A stretch of DNA of 47,184 bases from Vezdaea acicularis. Taxonomy: Eukaryota. Under the pieces are notes generated by a model. That model made no database searches. It was not told where the DNA came from and was given only the letters and a program-made list of their open reading frames with translations. Below, piece by piece: positions 45,837 to 47,184 of this stretch. A program made the position numbers and the translations under genes. The stretch is taken from contig JAPEUI010000059.1 in assembly GCA_026025075.1 (NCBI GenBank), positions 62,001 to 109,184 on the forward strand, given 5' to 3'. Numbering within the stretch: position 1 is the first letter of the stretch; each line of letters begins with the position of its first letter.

Positions 45837-47184
45837 TTTGAAAGCTCAAGGTGGGAGATTTGTTTGAAAAGATGGGGGAGTGAGGGTGATGATGGTAGGT
45901 CTAGATGAAAGTGACACACAAAGTCCGAGCAAGTGGCAGTGCAGAAGTACGAATGCTGAGAAGTTACAGGACGTCTTGGGTGCTGTGGTGTGTTTGGTTT
46001 CGGTGGGTGAGGGAAAGGCTGTGAGAAGGATCGCTTAATCGATTGGCGCTTCTTTCACCGGGCGACGCCCTCATTCATCCATTTGGGGCGCCGCGAACGG
46101 GGATTTACGCAACACAACAAACAGCTTTCAAGGTTGGGAAGGCACGCATACCTGGCTTTCAGGTGTTTATCTGTACGAGCCCTCATCAATAGCCCTGCGA
46201 TAGCCACTGGCTGCCATGGCACGGGCGTTGGCCAGCTTTTGGCTACGGCGGATTTCTGTCACCTCACAGTGCTGTTCTATGCCTTTCTGGGCAATTCTAC
46301 GGGAACAACACACAATCGCTGTCCCTTACAAGCCTCTGTGAGAGAAGTGGAGGGCTTCACGTAAAGCGCAGTCAAACAGAGGTACAAGCAATTTCGCCTG
46401 TAAATCCAGTTCTCCTGCTACCTGGGAAGGCACAGCTGCAGCTTCTTTGTATAAAGCTCTCAACTCTGGTGCCACTGAGGCAGATCTGAGCTCCTTTTCA
46501 CGGGATCACGGGATATCGTACTGAATCTAACCTTGCAGAAGGGGTGTTCCTGTTTCATGTCACCTCATTTGGTCCATCTCGCCAAAAGCCCAAGATGGCA
46601 TGGCACGCGAGTAGCAAAAAAGTTGTCACACCAAAAGTGAAATACGTCGCGGCCAGCGGTGAAACCTCGTGAGATTGAATTCAAAAATCGCACAACTAAC
46701 AAGGCAAAAGCACAAGACTTATGTTCACATGGTACCCAATAGCTGTCGGGAGCATTCAGGCTTTCAATCAGCCGTGTTATTATCTATATTTTCATGGACT
46801 GGGTGCGAATAGCCTTAGGCACAGTTTTGGTGTGACAACTTTTCTGCTACTCGCGTGCATGGCAAGACTGAAGGAGCATGACCTTGCCCTTAGTCCCCTC
46901 TGTTAACTCACCGCAAAGGCGCCACCAGAGCCAAGATTCAGATAAGATCTACAAAGGTGCATCGAAGTGGAATATCAAAAGATGCAACCGTATTCTGCAC
47001 CAAAGGGTGCTTAGAGTTGTAGGCTGGATATCAAATTCCAGACTGGCTGTATTGCATTATCAAAATACTAATTTAATATTATTCGTAAGTATCATCTTAT
47101 CGCAAAGGGAGTGTACTTCATGCTTTTGTACATCCTCGATGCTTCAAAGGATATTTTGCGATATCCGGCGACTAGTGCATACCG

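Overview
Eukaryotic, intron-rich genomic DNA from a filamentous ascomycete (Pezizomycotina-type: 50-130 nt GT..AG introns with CTRAC/CTAAY branch sites). About 19 protein-coding genes can be built by hand-splicing. Most are housekeeping: a CSC1/OSCA channel (3' part), a DEN1/SENP8-type protease, HIS1, RPS28, an MBOAT_2 acyltransferase, an ArfGAP, an Sft1/Bet1 SNARE, Ysc84/Lsb3, an SDR, a ZNF830-like protein, BYE1, a class 3 lipase, MsrB, an Smr-domain protein, a LAMTOR2-like Roadblock protein and a 14-3-3. There is also a large secreted protein with five WSC modules, and two unassigned genes. The most notable non-coding structure lies at 27-39 kb: two ~80-88 bp impala/mimp-like MITEs in inverted orientation with TA flanks, a 136 bp foldback element upstream of the lipase, and a G-U-rich hairpin inside an SDR intron. 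A WSC exon+intron module has been tandemly duplicated with a 452 bp period. No tRNA, rRNA, CRISPR array or autonomous transposase was recognised. All family calls come from motif recognition by eye, not database searches, and I cannot claim a clearly new biological system.
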